Below, piece after piece: positions 35,944 through 48,740 of a stretch of 64,000 bases of DNA. The stretch's first letter is position 1. The number at the start of each line of letters is the position of its first letter. The stretch covers positions 248,001 to 312,000 of the forward strand of contig NW_002060960.1 of NCBI RefSeq assembly GCF_000150275.1. Reading direction: 5' to 3'. The translations under genes were made by a program, and so were the position numbers. The notes below the pieces were generated by a model. That model saw nothing but the letters and a program-made list of their open reading frames with translations, did not search any database and was not told the DNA's origin. The DNA is from Trichoplax adhaerens (Eukaryota; Animalia; Placozoa).

Positions 35944-38900
35944 ATGATGGCCAGGTCAGCGTGTCAAATGATGCACAACAACACAACAATCATCAAACTA
36001 CCTGATCATTTACTACTGAAAAGGACAAGGTTAGATACTACACGATACAACGACAATGCCAAACTTTGTCATCATCATGACACTGGATTCCCTCCGTCAT
36101 CACCAGCAATACACTAGGATAGAAAAGAGACTTGCCAAGCTGTTGATACAAGTATCCTTTCGATCCTGTCATGTTAGATCCATTAATCCTACCGAGATCG
36201 ATATCTTTACTAGCATTTCCATTCAATTGGATATACTCGTACATACACCATCTTTTCTATCGTAATAGTAAACTGATCCATGATGATACTATACAATCAA
36301 ACACAATCCAGTCTTATGCATCATAAAAATAATAATGTTGATCGTCATTCTAAATTGATTATTTCTTCTACTGTATTTTCATTAGATGTCATTCTTCTCA
36401 GATCCCATCTCCGGCTCCTACCGAAAATCATACAAAGGTACAACATTTTCATGCCCATGGATAGTGTCTGTCTTTCGTTGTCTACCGATGTGTCACAGTT
36501 TGTTAGTTTATTTTATGACACCAGTATCAAACTACTGTATAAAAATAATACAACAAAGTGGAAATATTCATGGTCTCTTCGTCTTATCTTACCACACATC
36601 AATAGACATTCAAAAGTTGCTCTCAAACAGCTATGGCAGGAAATGTTCAAGTGGACAATTGGTGCTGTACCAAAATGACAGTGGATCGCTATACATATCT
36701 ATGGAAAATTAATAACTTTAGTTATTGTCGTGAAGAAACTGGTGAAACGTTGAAAAGTTCAACTTTTACAACTGGCCCCGATAAATTAGAATGGTATGAA
36801 GGATAGTTGATACTCTGACAAGCACACGAATCAATCACACCCAATTGAATGAGACCGTGTAGGAACCAAGTGTTAACATGGATGTTTGCATAATCTATTT
36901 TCGCTATCATTCTATTTGCTGTCATGTAGGTGCATGAGAATTAATCCGCGGGGATTGGATGAGGAAAGTAAAGACTATTTATCCATGTACCTATTGTTAT
37001 TATATAGCAATAAGAAAGAAATTCGAGCTAAATTCAAGTTTTCCATCTTGAGTCGTAACGAAGAGGAAGTCAGAGCGATGGGTTAGTGACTATCTTCATT
37101 ACTACTTGAGGCAATCATGCTTACTTACTGCTAAGAATATTCCAATTCGAGTGGATAGGATACAATGATACGCGTCCTTATGCTAGAATCAATAAAACAG
37201 ATGATCAATTTTTGGTTCATCTCTCCATTCTTGTATGTATACAGAAAGCCAACGTGCGTACAGATTTGTCCAAGGAAAAGACTGGGGATTTAAAAAATTT
37301 GTGCGTCGTGATATGTTAATGGATACATCGTATGGATTGTTAATCGACGATCATCTAACCTTATTTTGTGAAGTAAGTGAGACTGGAGTTGATATCACAA
37401 AACAACTACCATGGCTTGATTGTAATCGTTGTTCATGAAAAGTTATAAGGGATATTCAATGCTTCTATGATTGATGCGTTATAGAGTAATGAATCCGCCC
37501 TGTAGCAAGGCGTACATCAAGGCATTTTCCTTTTATCATTGATAGTAACATGATCTACCTTACTCGTAACACGTTTTTGTGTTATTTCGATCACAACATG
37601 GATATCGTAAAATAATACAATTTTATGTAGTATTAACATAATTTTGCCCTCTACTTTCTCTAACATGGCTAAGTCGAAAATACCGTGCTTTAAGATTTCG
37701 TTCCTAGACGGATTCTTACGTAGATTGATTTTCCAAAATATCTTCCAACATTTTAGATCAATGTTGTATCTGATCCTGTCACTCTTGATGGTCGTTTTAC
37801 CGCAGAAGAAGCTGAAGTACCGAAATGTCGATTAGCACAAGACTTGGATCAATTATTTAAAACGAAAAAATTTGCCGATATCACATTTAATATTGGAAAG
37901 GATCAATTGAAAGCTCATAAAGCCATATTGGCTGGTAAGATGTTTGCCTTTTTGCTACTTAATTGTGCATTAGTTATGTAATAAGGATACTTATAGTATG
38001 TGCTAATCGGATAACGATCGCGAGTTCATGAATTTCACACCTTTTACTTGATCCTAATATTGAGCTGATTGTATTGCAAGTAGTATTATTATTATTATTA
38101 TAATAATAGTCATATGGTACCATTTCATCATTAAATTAGCAATGTTGACCAACTTGGTATGCGTATGATAATAATTTAGCAAATTTCATACTTTGTATAC
38201 GGTACGTTTTGTAGATTTGTGTGTCGAAGAGAATACACAACGTTGTAGACTGTTGAAATAATCTTTCCACGTATGATTAAAAAATCTCAGCTAGGTCGCC
38301 TGTCTTTGATGCAATGTTCAAGCATTGTATGGAAGAGCAACGCCAAGTAAGTTGTATCCAAAACTTACCAATCGATACATTATCATAAATATGGGAAGAT
38401 TTTAATTAATCGACAGTACCGTGCACGCATAATTAAAAGATATCATTAAATCATCGCGTCCTTATTGACAGGGTACAGTAGACGTATCTGACATAGAAAG
38501 CGATGTATTTGAAGAGATGATCAAATTCATCTACACTGGGGAAGAACCAGAGCGCATCGATGATCTAGCCGCGGAAATATTAGCGGCTGCGGATAAGGTA
38601 ATTTACTGTACAGCATCATAAACTGCTGCTTTCGGAAATATATCTGCTTTCAATAAAATTATCTTCAATATATGAATATAAAGTATGAAGGGCAAATTAT
38701 TCACTTTCCTCTTGACCTTTTGGTTGACAGTACGATTTACAAAGGTTAAAATCTTTATGTGAAAATTCCATATCAAATAACCTGACTGTTGAGAATGCGG
38801 CTAAAGTGCTAATTATTGCCGATATGCATAATTCTGAAGTACTAAGACAAAATGTTTTGGAGTTTATTAACAGGTAATACCATATCGCTAACCTATAACG

Positions 38901-39119
38901 ATTAGTAAGGGTAGGGTATACAGTTATTGGCTTAATGGACGTCATACATCTTTAAATATCTTTTTCAGTCATGCCTTGGAAATCGTTGAAACCGAAGGCT
39001 ACCAACATTTGTTGAAGAGTTATTCTCACCTTATAACCGACGCATTCCGCACCTTAGCAAGATCTTGCAATAGCAAAACCGATGTAACATCGACCAGAAA
39101 GAAAGTGCGCTTATCATGA
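35944..39119 (+). CDS. SPOP: Speckle-type POZ protein (MATH-BTB-BACK Cul3 adaptor), ~419 aa
   Basis: Exons 35944-36029, 36386-36437, 36606-36793, 36930-37081, 37245-37372, 37757-37934, 38291-38346, 38472-38597, 38731-38873, 38969-39119 (1260 nt, all phases fit; first two exons less certain). Near-identical SPOP motifs [63 protein letters not shown]-terminal NLS RKKVRLS. Confidence 0.95.
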
Positions 39120-40227
39120 TTGTACTTATTATTATTGTTATACAGAGATACTTGATTTAACGTTATATTCTAAAATTCATGATCATTATCATGGGCGATA
39201 ACCTAAAGTAATTTCTATGTAATTCAAAATTTCAAAAATTTTATTGATTCTCCCTTCATGTACATACTTATGTACTGTACCATACGTACTGTATGCAGAA
39301 AGCTGTATATCTATCTCGTGTAGTTATAAAATGTTTCATAATGAATATGTTGCCGATTTTGATCTAGCTACAAGTGCTAAGGCGCTTGTCGACTTATCTT
39401 CAAAAGCTAGCAAATCTGTTCATGATTTGTGGCGGATAGCGTGTGCAAATTTAAACTCAATTATTTCCACTATGATGGTAACTGAAAAGCATGCACCTGA
39501 CGTCTTGCAAACAGGAAATCTTTAAATATTGGAAGAGCAAAGAATATGGTGACATGCCACGATAGATGCGCGTAATATACGAACGTTATTTGAACTCATC
39601 GTTGAAAACTGTGTGATAAAACTAATTAATTTAAGATTTAGGATCTCATTTTCCATCCAAGCTATCTAGGATCATTAATAGCTCAGGCGAGCTAACAGTT
39701 AACTGAATGATTTGCTCCCTAAAGTATGATATTGTTTGTTGTATTAAATAGATTTTACCTCATATTCAAGATGGCACATGCATGTAATAAGGATACGAAT
39801 ATGACTATAGCACTAGAGTTATACAATAACGATAAAAGTTCATTTTTTATATAATGACAAGAGTGTATATATACTGTACAACATCCACTCTTTCCAATAG
39901 AGCAACACCAGATATTGTCGTCATCATTTGTCAAAAAGGATGTTTTCAATTTTGTTGTAATGTCGGTTAAGTAAACTTATTTTGACTGCCATATGCTATG
40001 ATAGAAAAAACTGAAATTTTATTACGATACCTTATTTCTAGAACTGCTTCTAGTTAACACCAATCAAGCAATAAAGTAAAACCAGAAAAATGACGTTATA
40101 TAAGTTATTAAAACCGATCGAAATAATACAGATTTCTGCTTAACTACAAGCATGTTAATGCCTTAGAATTTTAAAATAATGGAATGAAAATCACAAACAA
40201 AGAAGACCCAGTTAGTAGAATAAGTTC

Positions 40228-42044
40228 TTAACCAGCCATAATTATTTTGACGAAATCTACAAAATACAGTGAAAATATTGAAAACTTTAGATTCAATTGA
40301 TAGCAAATGAAAAAATTTCGTTTACCTTCGTAGTTAATCATGCCTTGGGAGTCGTCGACACCACTCAATAGTTGTTCAACATCATCATCGCTTAATTTCT
40401 CTCCTACATTGGTGAAATTATGAAATGATTTAGCCAACAGTGATCCTTAATTAGGGCAAAAAGATTGCAATCTTTCATTAAAATCGTCATGTAGCTCAAA
40501 AGGATGTGAGGTTTTCGGTAATTGTCGTTACTCAATGACTTGGTCTTACTCTATCTCAAAAAGTAGAGAAAATGGAATACAACAACTCTTTGACGGTTAA
40601 CTGCGCGTCTTTCTAGCGGATGATTACCATCTTCAAATGGCAACTAAATGTATCATCGTGATAAATGTTACACAATACAATAACAACTTTTACTATATTA
40701 CATTACTGTGAAAGATTGAACGATTACTGCCGACAACATTTACTTTAGTTAATACGAAAGCTAACCGTTTCGCATTGGAGTCACAACATAGACAGAATAC
40801 TACGTTGTGCTATCACACAAATTGAGTTGCATTGTACTTTCACTTATTCAAGGAAAAGCGCATTCTATTTTCACTTATTTAACGAAAAGCGTTACCTAAA
40901 CTGGTCAGCACATGCCGAAGTTCCGCTGAGTTAATCGTACCATTGCCATCCTTGTCAAATACACGTAAACCCTCAACAAAGTCCTCCAGAGATCCTTGAT
41001 CACGCTTCTGCCGTGAAGCCTGAAGGATTGGTAGAAATTCTTCAAAGCTGATTCTTTTAACACCTATAACGGCCGTTATATTCAACATTAGTATGTAGCA
41101 AGATTGATCAGATTGATGTTCATTTTACGACCGCTGACTACAACTTGACAGGCATGGAATTAATTCATTACTATGTAACAAGCCTTTTCTCGATTAGTAT
41201 GTTGTACATTATTAGCAAGCATCCCCTTGATTGTATTTCATATTACAATCGATTGATTGCCTAACTACCGAATCGACCAAGCTATTCCAATTGTTAAGGT
41301 CCAATTTTGAAATAGTTATTCAATTTGTATAGACATTGATTGCAAGCACAAGCCTACCGTTGGGATCGATCTCTTTGACAACTTTGGTCACCTCTGCCTG
41401 AGTAGGGTTCATCCCTAAGGCTCTTAAAACGTCCCCTAGTTGAGCAGAGTCGATTTTTCCATCGCCTTTCTTATCGAAAAGTGAGTAAGCTTCCTTAAAA
41501 TCTAAAAGATAAAGTAAAAGGCATTCATGATGAGGCATATGACTTGCTATGAGACCCTTTCTCTCGTTGACTACCACCAAGTTGGTGGATTTCTGCCAAG
41601 AGATAAACAACGTTTTGGGTGTGGACGTTGTAATACGTCATGTACTTAGTCGTTGAAAATTGAGCATCACTGATTTATGTATTCAACGTCTATATTACGG
41701 CATTTTAAGTTTATGATTAATATTAGATGGATAAATAGAATTAGTGGACTATCCCTAAGGGTTTTAAAATAGCCGATCACAATCATTGGCATCAAGCAAT
41801 GCATAAACAGCAATAGATTTAATGCCCTTGCGGACATGGCCGGCTATGAATGCCCATGCCAATTTTGGCAGACTAACTTACCAGAAATTTCTATTTCTGA
41901 AAATCCGGACTAGTCAGAAAGAAGAAAAACCTATCATTAGATCCATATGACTTGGCTATTCCACTAATCTATCATAAAATGATGGAGTCTTTCCTCCAGA
42001 AAATAGAAAGAGCTGAATATCCATTCGATCCTCTCACTTACCAT
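40228..42044 (-). CDS. MYL6: Myosin essential (alkali) light chain, MYL6/Mlc-c-like, 149 aa
   Basis: Exons 42042-42044 (ATG only), 41882-41909, 41358-41501, 40896-41063, 40326-40403, 40228-40256 (450 nt). Motifs [70 protein letters not shown]. Confidence 0.95.
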
Positions 42045-42249
42045 TTTGTCTCTTGGCAAAGTGTTGAATAGTAGCGGCGGCGTCGTCTCTCTTTTTCCAA
42101 GCTTATTTTTCCTATCCGACACTGTACCGTACCATCGACTTGCTACTCTATCCTCGCTACAATTTCAGGCCATAGTATCAGTACGCAGTCGTAAAAAGCG
42201 GTTCGGTTCTGAACCGAACCGAACTTCTGACAGGTCTAGTACGCACGCT

Positions 42250-43000
42250 CGCTGGCAGTACTGTACAGTGTACAGTGTAGCGCTAACAGTACAGTCACTG
42301 TAAAGCTACAGTATATTATACTGTACTGCTCTTTATCATTTTCAGAAAGGTGTCCGACCGTCCGTTTCCAGGTGGCCTGTGGCAAGCCTACATACTGTAC
42401 TGTACCTGAGTGTACAGTACTGTATACAGTATTGTGAATGCACACAGCACTGTACTAGTGTTATTCATCATTTTCAGAAAGGTGTCCGACAGTCCGTTTC
42501 CAGCTCACCTATGGCAAGCCTACAGTACATACTGCACTGTACATGTACTGTACTGTACAGTCTGTACTGTACTGTACAGTACAGTACTGTACTGTACTGT
42601 CTGTACTGTACTGCACTGTTATTCATCAGTTTCAGAAGGGTGTCCGACTGTCCGTTTCCAAGGACCCTACTTGGATGAAAGTAATAGTAATTTAGAGTAT
42701 AGTTTGAAACCGACGTACTGAAAGAACTCAATAATGCAGTAAAAATAAATAAAAACATCAAGGACGAACTGCTCAAGGTTGTAATGATTTGCATAGGCGA
42801 AACTTGAGCCAAATTGAAAGACCTAATGAAGGGCTTCACTATGGCTGAACTGTTTCCAGTGTCAACTGTACAGTATTGTACTGTACACTGTACAGCACCG
42901 TACTGTAGATACGGCTCGCCACGCCCATGAAATCATGGTCCATTCCATGATACTGTACCGTACTGTACAGTAGTTACTGTAACAGTATTATTACCGTACT
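42250..43000. repeat. TACAG/CTGTA-rich region with 3 copies of a CATTTTCAGAAAGGTGTCCGACNGTCCGTTTCCA element
   Basis: Element at ~42337, 42468, 42625, embedded in pentamer arrays upstream of the light-chain gene. Confidence 0.8.
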
Positions 43001-43443
43001 GTTTGGTAAAAGAAATTTCCGGCTAAGCCTTTACCAGAGTGTCCATACAGCGTACTCGTCCTTCCTGTAGAGTTCTACCACAGTTATCAACATCCTGCGC
43101 TATTCCTTAAGTTGTTGCTGTTTTTAATCAATGTATTCATTAAATAAATCAAATGGTAGAGCATTATGAATATAAAATGTCGGGCCTAACTTGCAGTTGT
43201 TTCAAAGTACACACTGATCTACAAAGTATAAATAGCTCACCTTGACGATTTTGTACTTTTTTAGTACTGAAATCAACGCCTACAATAAACTACGATACAA
43301 TGATAGCGATACCTAATAGTGATTGTAGAAGGCATTTCTTATTTTTATTTTATGGCGTATTTTGCATAATATTCAATACGTACTTTGATGACTCATGAAT
43401 GAATTCGTTCATGTAATACGAGAATACAGAATATCCTTTGGCA

Positions 43444-43899
43444 TTCATTTATGAAGGGCAGGTAGTCCTCATTTATGAAGGGTAGGTAGTCCTCATTTAT
43501 GAAGGGTAGGTAGTCCTCATTTATGAAGGGTAGGTAGTCCTCATTTATGAAGGGTAGGTAGTCCTCATTTATGAAGGGTAGGTAGTCCTCATTTATGAAG
43601 GGTAGGTAGTCCTCATTTATGAAGGGCTGGTAGTCCTCATTTATGAAGGGCTGGTAGTCCTCATTTATGAAGGGTAGGGAGTCCTCATTTATGAAGGGTA
43701 GGTAGTCCTCATTTATGAAGGGCAGGTAGTCCTCATTTATGAAGGGCAGGTAGTCCTCATTTATGAAGGGCAGGTAGTCCTCATTTATGAAGGGCAGGTA
43801 GTCCTCATTTATGAAGGGCAGGTAGTCCTCATTTATGAAGGGCAGGTAGTCCTCATTTATGAAGGGCAGGTAGTCCTCATTTATGAAGGCCAGGTAGTC
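43444..43899. repeat. Minisatellite, 19 x 24 bp (GTAGTCCTCATTTATGAAGGGYAG)
   Basis: Near-perfect head-to-tail units with no spacers. The minus strand reads (YLPFINED)n. Confidence 0.97.
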
Positions 43900-44657
43900 C
43901 TGTTCAAGGTACACGAAGCAGGCCCAACCAAATAATTGTTCGAGATAGAGGTCAATTAAGGAGTCATTGCATTAAGTTAATTAAAAGGTGTACTGTCGAT
44001 ACAAGGTATCGATGTTATACAGTACCTTTGCTAAATCATCCATGATATGAATATAAGAATACACAATACCCTTGGGCACTTTGCATGCTTTTAATTGACA
44101 ACCAGTAGACTCCCTCTCCGCAAATACGCGTCTACCTGGTGTCTATCTAACATTATTGTACCAGTGAATGAAAAGGTTAACACAGGGATAAAAAGGCAGT
44201 TATAAATTACTAAAAGCTATAAGAAGGACGACAACACCATGACTATCTTTGGATTGGCCATATTACCTACTAGTCGATAGTAGTTATATCCATAACGGTC
44301 TTGCACTCATCGTGGCACTCCCTTATTATATTTCAGGATAGTCATCTCCTACTACAGTACAGTATAGAACTGTCCTGCACCAATCAACTTCAACACAACG
44401 CCACTCACATCAACATGTGATCAGATCAGCAATGCTGGTCTCCATCACGTGACTCACGTGAGCAGAATGAGGTCAAAGATTATTGGAGCGAATTTTTATC
44501 TTATCGGTGACACTCCATTAGAGTGGCAGGAAATAGCTTGCGATTCTACATTCTCGGTGAGAAAGTGTTATGGTTGGATAGAATTGATCAAGTTTTCCTC
44601 TTTCAAAGTTCAAGGTTTACTAACTTGAACTTGTGTTGATGAGCAGACTGATTGGCC

Positions 44658-47600
44658 ATGTCTGCTGAAACACCGACAGAAACAACCACTCTACTAGGAC
44701 AGCAAGAATGTGCCAAAATTAATATTAGCTCTAGCGATGAAGCTGTCCAAGCGAAGATCGTGAATCCTTCCAAAGATGCTCAGTCTATTCCGAATCGGAT
44801 TAAAATTATTGTCTTGTGTATATTATTTACCGAATTTGCCGAAAGTATTGCATTTTATAGTATTGCTGCCAATCTTATATTATTTGCCAATACACATTTG
44901 GGCTTTACGAATACACAAGCAGCGACATTAAGTTTTATCTACGTTGGCACAGGTTATGCTCTCCCTATATTAAGTGGGTACTTAGCGGATTCCCATCTTG
45001 GCCAGTATAACACCATGTATCTTGGTGGCCTAATTTATATTGCGGGTATCTTAACCGTCTTCTTAATGACAGTGCCCTATCAACTGCCTTTCTCTACCAG
45101 TGCCAAAACATCTTATTTTATTGTTGGTCTAATTTTGGTAGCAATAGGGACTGGAGGTATGGCATTGATTGAATGAATCTCATTTCCAAGATAAATTGTT
45201 CTGATAACTTGTCTAGTCGAAAGAATAGACATTCGGTATCAATTAATTGTATTAATAATATATATACAATGAATTAGCCGTTTGACTATGATGAATATGC
45301 TATGAACGATTATGATCTAATAACGGTTGCATTAATATTCCACAATAAATAGATTATAGTGATCTTCAACCAATCATTCTATAATCAGTTTATTATCAAT
45401 TGAACCTATTCAATCTTGCTATGTTATACTTCTCTTTTTAATAGTGTGGATATGATACACTTAGAAACTAGTTAGGATTGAATACATAACAATTATCAAA
45501 AGGGTCTCTTTAAAATAGATATTCGAGTTATATTATTCTGTTACTTATAAAAAATATTCTAATTAAAATTCCTCTCACGATGTACATCCTTAAACTAAAT
45601 TGGAATAGGAGTAACGCTGCTAATTTCCCTAGTGTATCAGCTCTTATACACTATTCGAGAAATTAATCTAGTTGCTAACTCATTATTCTATTGATAATAA
45701 TATTCTAATTAACATTATTATTATGATATATACAAACTCAATTCGAATAAGAGTATCGCTGCTAGTTTTCCTAGTATATTAGTTCGTTCACTATTAGAGA
45801 AAATTAGTCTAGTTACTAATTGCATTATTCTATTGATAGTAATGTCCTAATTGGAATTGTTATCGTGATATACAAACTAAAATTATAATAACAGTGTCGC
45901 TGCTAACTTGCCTATCATATCAATTCATAGATTATTAGAGAAATTAGTCTAGTTACTTCATAAGTAGCTTCGTCAATCTTAGCAAATTGGGTTCAAGCGA
46001 TACAAGACTACATTTAAGATTTTATTCAGAACTTCATTAGATATCTGTATCCATGCTAGGACTTTCAATTCTCGAGCGACATAGGTCTATCAATAGAAAC
46101 CCAGTGACACATAGAATTATATAAAACGAATTCGATCGTAATTGTATAATTGGGGTATAGTAGTTTCGTATTATTTTATTTTTTTTTTTTGGAGGGGGGT
46201 GAATTCTTTCTGGAACGATAGCACATAATAATAAAAATATATGGGTAGTATACGTAGTGATTAATAAAGTTAAATTAGTTACACGTATTCGTATCGCAAA
46301 AGATGATCGTATCGGCGATGGAATTTCCTTGTTTTTCTACTTAAGCACATGATAAGTTTGTGCGTACATTCACGCTAATGAGAAGATGTACTAAAAGATA
46401 AATTGAAAGCAGAATGATAACAATAATGCTTTATGTATTCATTTGATAGCTTATATTCAAAGTTAGGCAGGAAATCATGTCATTTCTTTGCGCATTTATA
46501 ATTTACGTATATATTCTTGTCCTAATGTTGTACTACGTATATTTTGATCAGGTATTAAATCGAATATTTCACCTTTTGGTGCAAGCCAACTGGAAAGTTG
46601 CGGCCCAGTTTATGTCCAAAGATTTTTTGCTTGGTTTTACTTTTCTCTTAATTTAGGATCGCTAATCTCATTCACTGTCGTAGCCTACATACAACAAAAT
46701 GTAAGCTTTTTCTATGGCTTTATGATTCCTTCTATTGCTATGATATTAGCCGTGGCCGTATTTGCATCAGCCCGAAAATACTACGAACTCTATACTCCAA
46801 GTAAATATTTCATAATTCTTGACTAGAATTTCAAATTAACTTAAAATCAAGATAGAAAAAATATTAATAATTTTCACGTCATTATTGAAGTATTACTCCA
46901 TTTGATAATATTCGATCTCTAAGCAAATTTGTACTTTATATTATTGCTAGATAGATATATAAGTTGATTCCATCACTAAGTCTCTTGTTACTTTAATATT
47001 TTTTGCAGAGGGTTCGTTACTTGGAGAAGCGCTAAGTATCACATACCAAAGTTTTAAAGTTAGACTCTCCAAGCGGACTAATATTATTGATAAAAGCAAT
47101 ATCCAAAGTTTCTTCGATTACGCAAAAAAAGAGAATGGGGGAAAATTTGATGCTCATCAAGTGAATAGGATCAAGCCCTTAGGACGCGTAATACCCGTCT
47201 TCCTTCTAATAGTCTTGTTTAGAACGGTTTACTTTCAGGTATGAAAAGCATCCTGCAGCATGAGATTATTTTTGTTCGGTACTTTAGTTCGTGCTATTAA
47301 ATCTTTAATTAATGTTAAGCACATTCGCTATAATGGAAATTATTGTAAACAATGCTTTTACTATTATTCCAGTCAAATTATATTTATATGTTTATAGTAA
47401 ATAATGAAGTCTAAAACCGATAAATATGCGTACTATAAACAACAGCTCTTAAGTATTTCAAATGAAATTATTGCCTAATTCAATAATTGTTTACGATATG
47501 TATGTATTATATCTAATACAATTATAAGTTTAAGAATGACAAAATTTTGCGAAATCTCTTAATCCTACGTTTGGTTTCATATCCTGAATAGATGTCGACA

Positions 47601-48740
47601 ACATGGTTTATACAGGGGGAATCCATGAATTTACAGCTAGGCAATATCAAGCTACCAGTAGCGTTACTCTCTACTTTTGATATTATTTCCGTGATGATTT
47701 TTATCCCAGTTGTAAATTATGGCGTGTACCCTGCATATCAAAAGATATTTGGCAAACGCATTTCCCGATTTCGAAGGATGGGTTAGTAACAAATTTTATG
47801 CCAACAGAGCTACTTTGACAGTAATATTTACTAAGATGTTACAGGTAAGATTTTACTTACATACAGATTATATTTACTAGGAACCGGTATGGTATTTGCT
47901 GCTCTTGCTATGCTTGTCGCTGGAATAGTTGAAAGCAACAGATTAAAAAATGTATACGAAAATCCATTACCTCAGACAGTTTCTGGTAAGACATTCAATG
48001 CTTCTGCGAATATTACCGTCCTTGCTCAGGTACCCCAGTTCGCGTTAATTGGACTAGGTGAAACTTTTACTAGTGTAACAGGTATATCCTACGACCTTAA
48101 ATATTCTTTTTTACCTTTATTATTTATTGTTGAATATCTGTGAGAAATGGTTATTATGAAAATTTTGAGCATAAAAAATATATGCATTTTTATCTATGCA
48201 CTGAATAACTTGGGAACGCTAAAAAAAATGGAAGCATTTGAATTCGCTTATGCTGAAGCACCAGAAGAACTTAAAGGGATTATTACCGGAATGTACCTTC
48301 TGGCTGTCGGTTGCGGCAGTTACTCAGGGTCTTTAGTTATTGCTATCATAAATGCTATAACTCATAACCCTAGTGTCCCTAATTCAAAATGGGTTCCCAA
48401 GAATATTAACGATGGACATCTCGATTACTATTTTTATTTTCTTGCAGGTATCTAAAAGTTGTAGCGTTTTGCAATTTTACCATTTACACTTGATTGTATA
48501 TGATTAAAGATAAAATTTTAAATACTGTTCCATGACTACTTAACAATAATTTGGTCTTTTTATTTTTAATTTAATTTAGCTTTCATGATGCTTAACTTTA
48601 CCCTCTTTGTAACCATGACAACATTTTGGTATAAAGACGATAATTCATATATGACCCATAAACTAACTACGGAAGAGATAGTGCCTGATTTGGATGCACA
48701 AAACATATTATCGATACCAGAGGAAAACGTTAATACTTGA
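44658..48740 (+). CDS. SLC15/POT (PTR2) peptide/histidine transporter, SLC15A4-like, 580 aa
   Basis: Exons 44658-45156, 46552-46800, 47009-47238, 47592-47781, 47881-48081, 48235-48447, 48580-48740 (1743 nt). Motifs GYLADSHLGQY, GTGGIKSNISPFGASQ, FFAWFYFSLNLGSL, QVPQFALIGLGETF, EFAYAEAPEELKG, GHLDYYFYFLA. N-terminal dileucine signal ETTTLL. Confidence 0.93.
45590..45955. repeat. Intronic degenerate tandem repeat, ~3 x 140 bp
   Basis: AAACTAAATT...CGCTGCTAA...TATTAGAGAAATTAGTCTAGTTACT recurs at ~45592, 45733, 45874. Confidence 0.7.

Noticed and set aside
43444-43899. CRISPR array
   Set aside because: Units are head-to-tail with no unique spacers, there are no cas genes, and the context is eukaryotic; it is a minisatellite.
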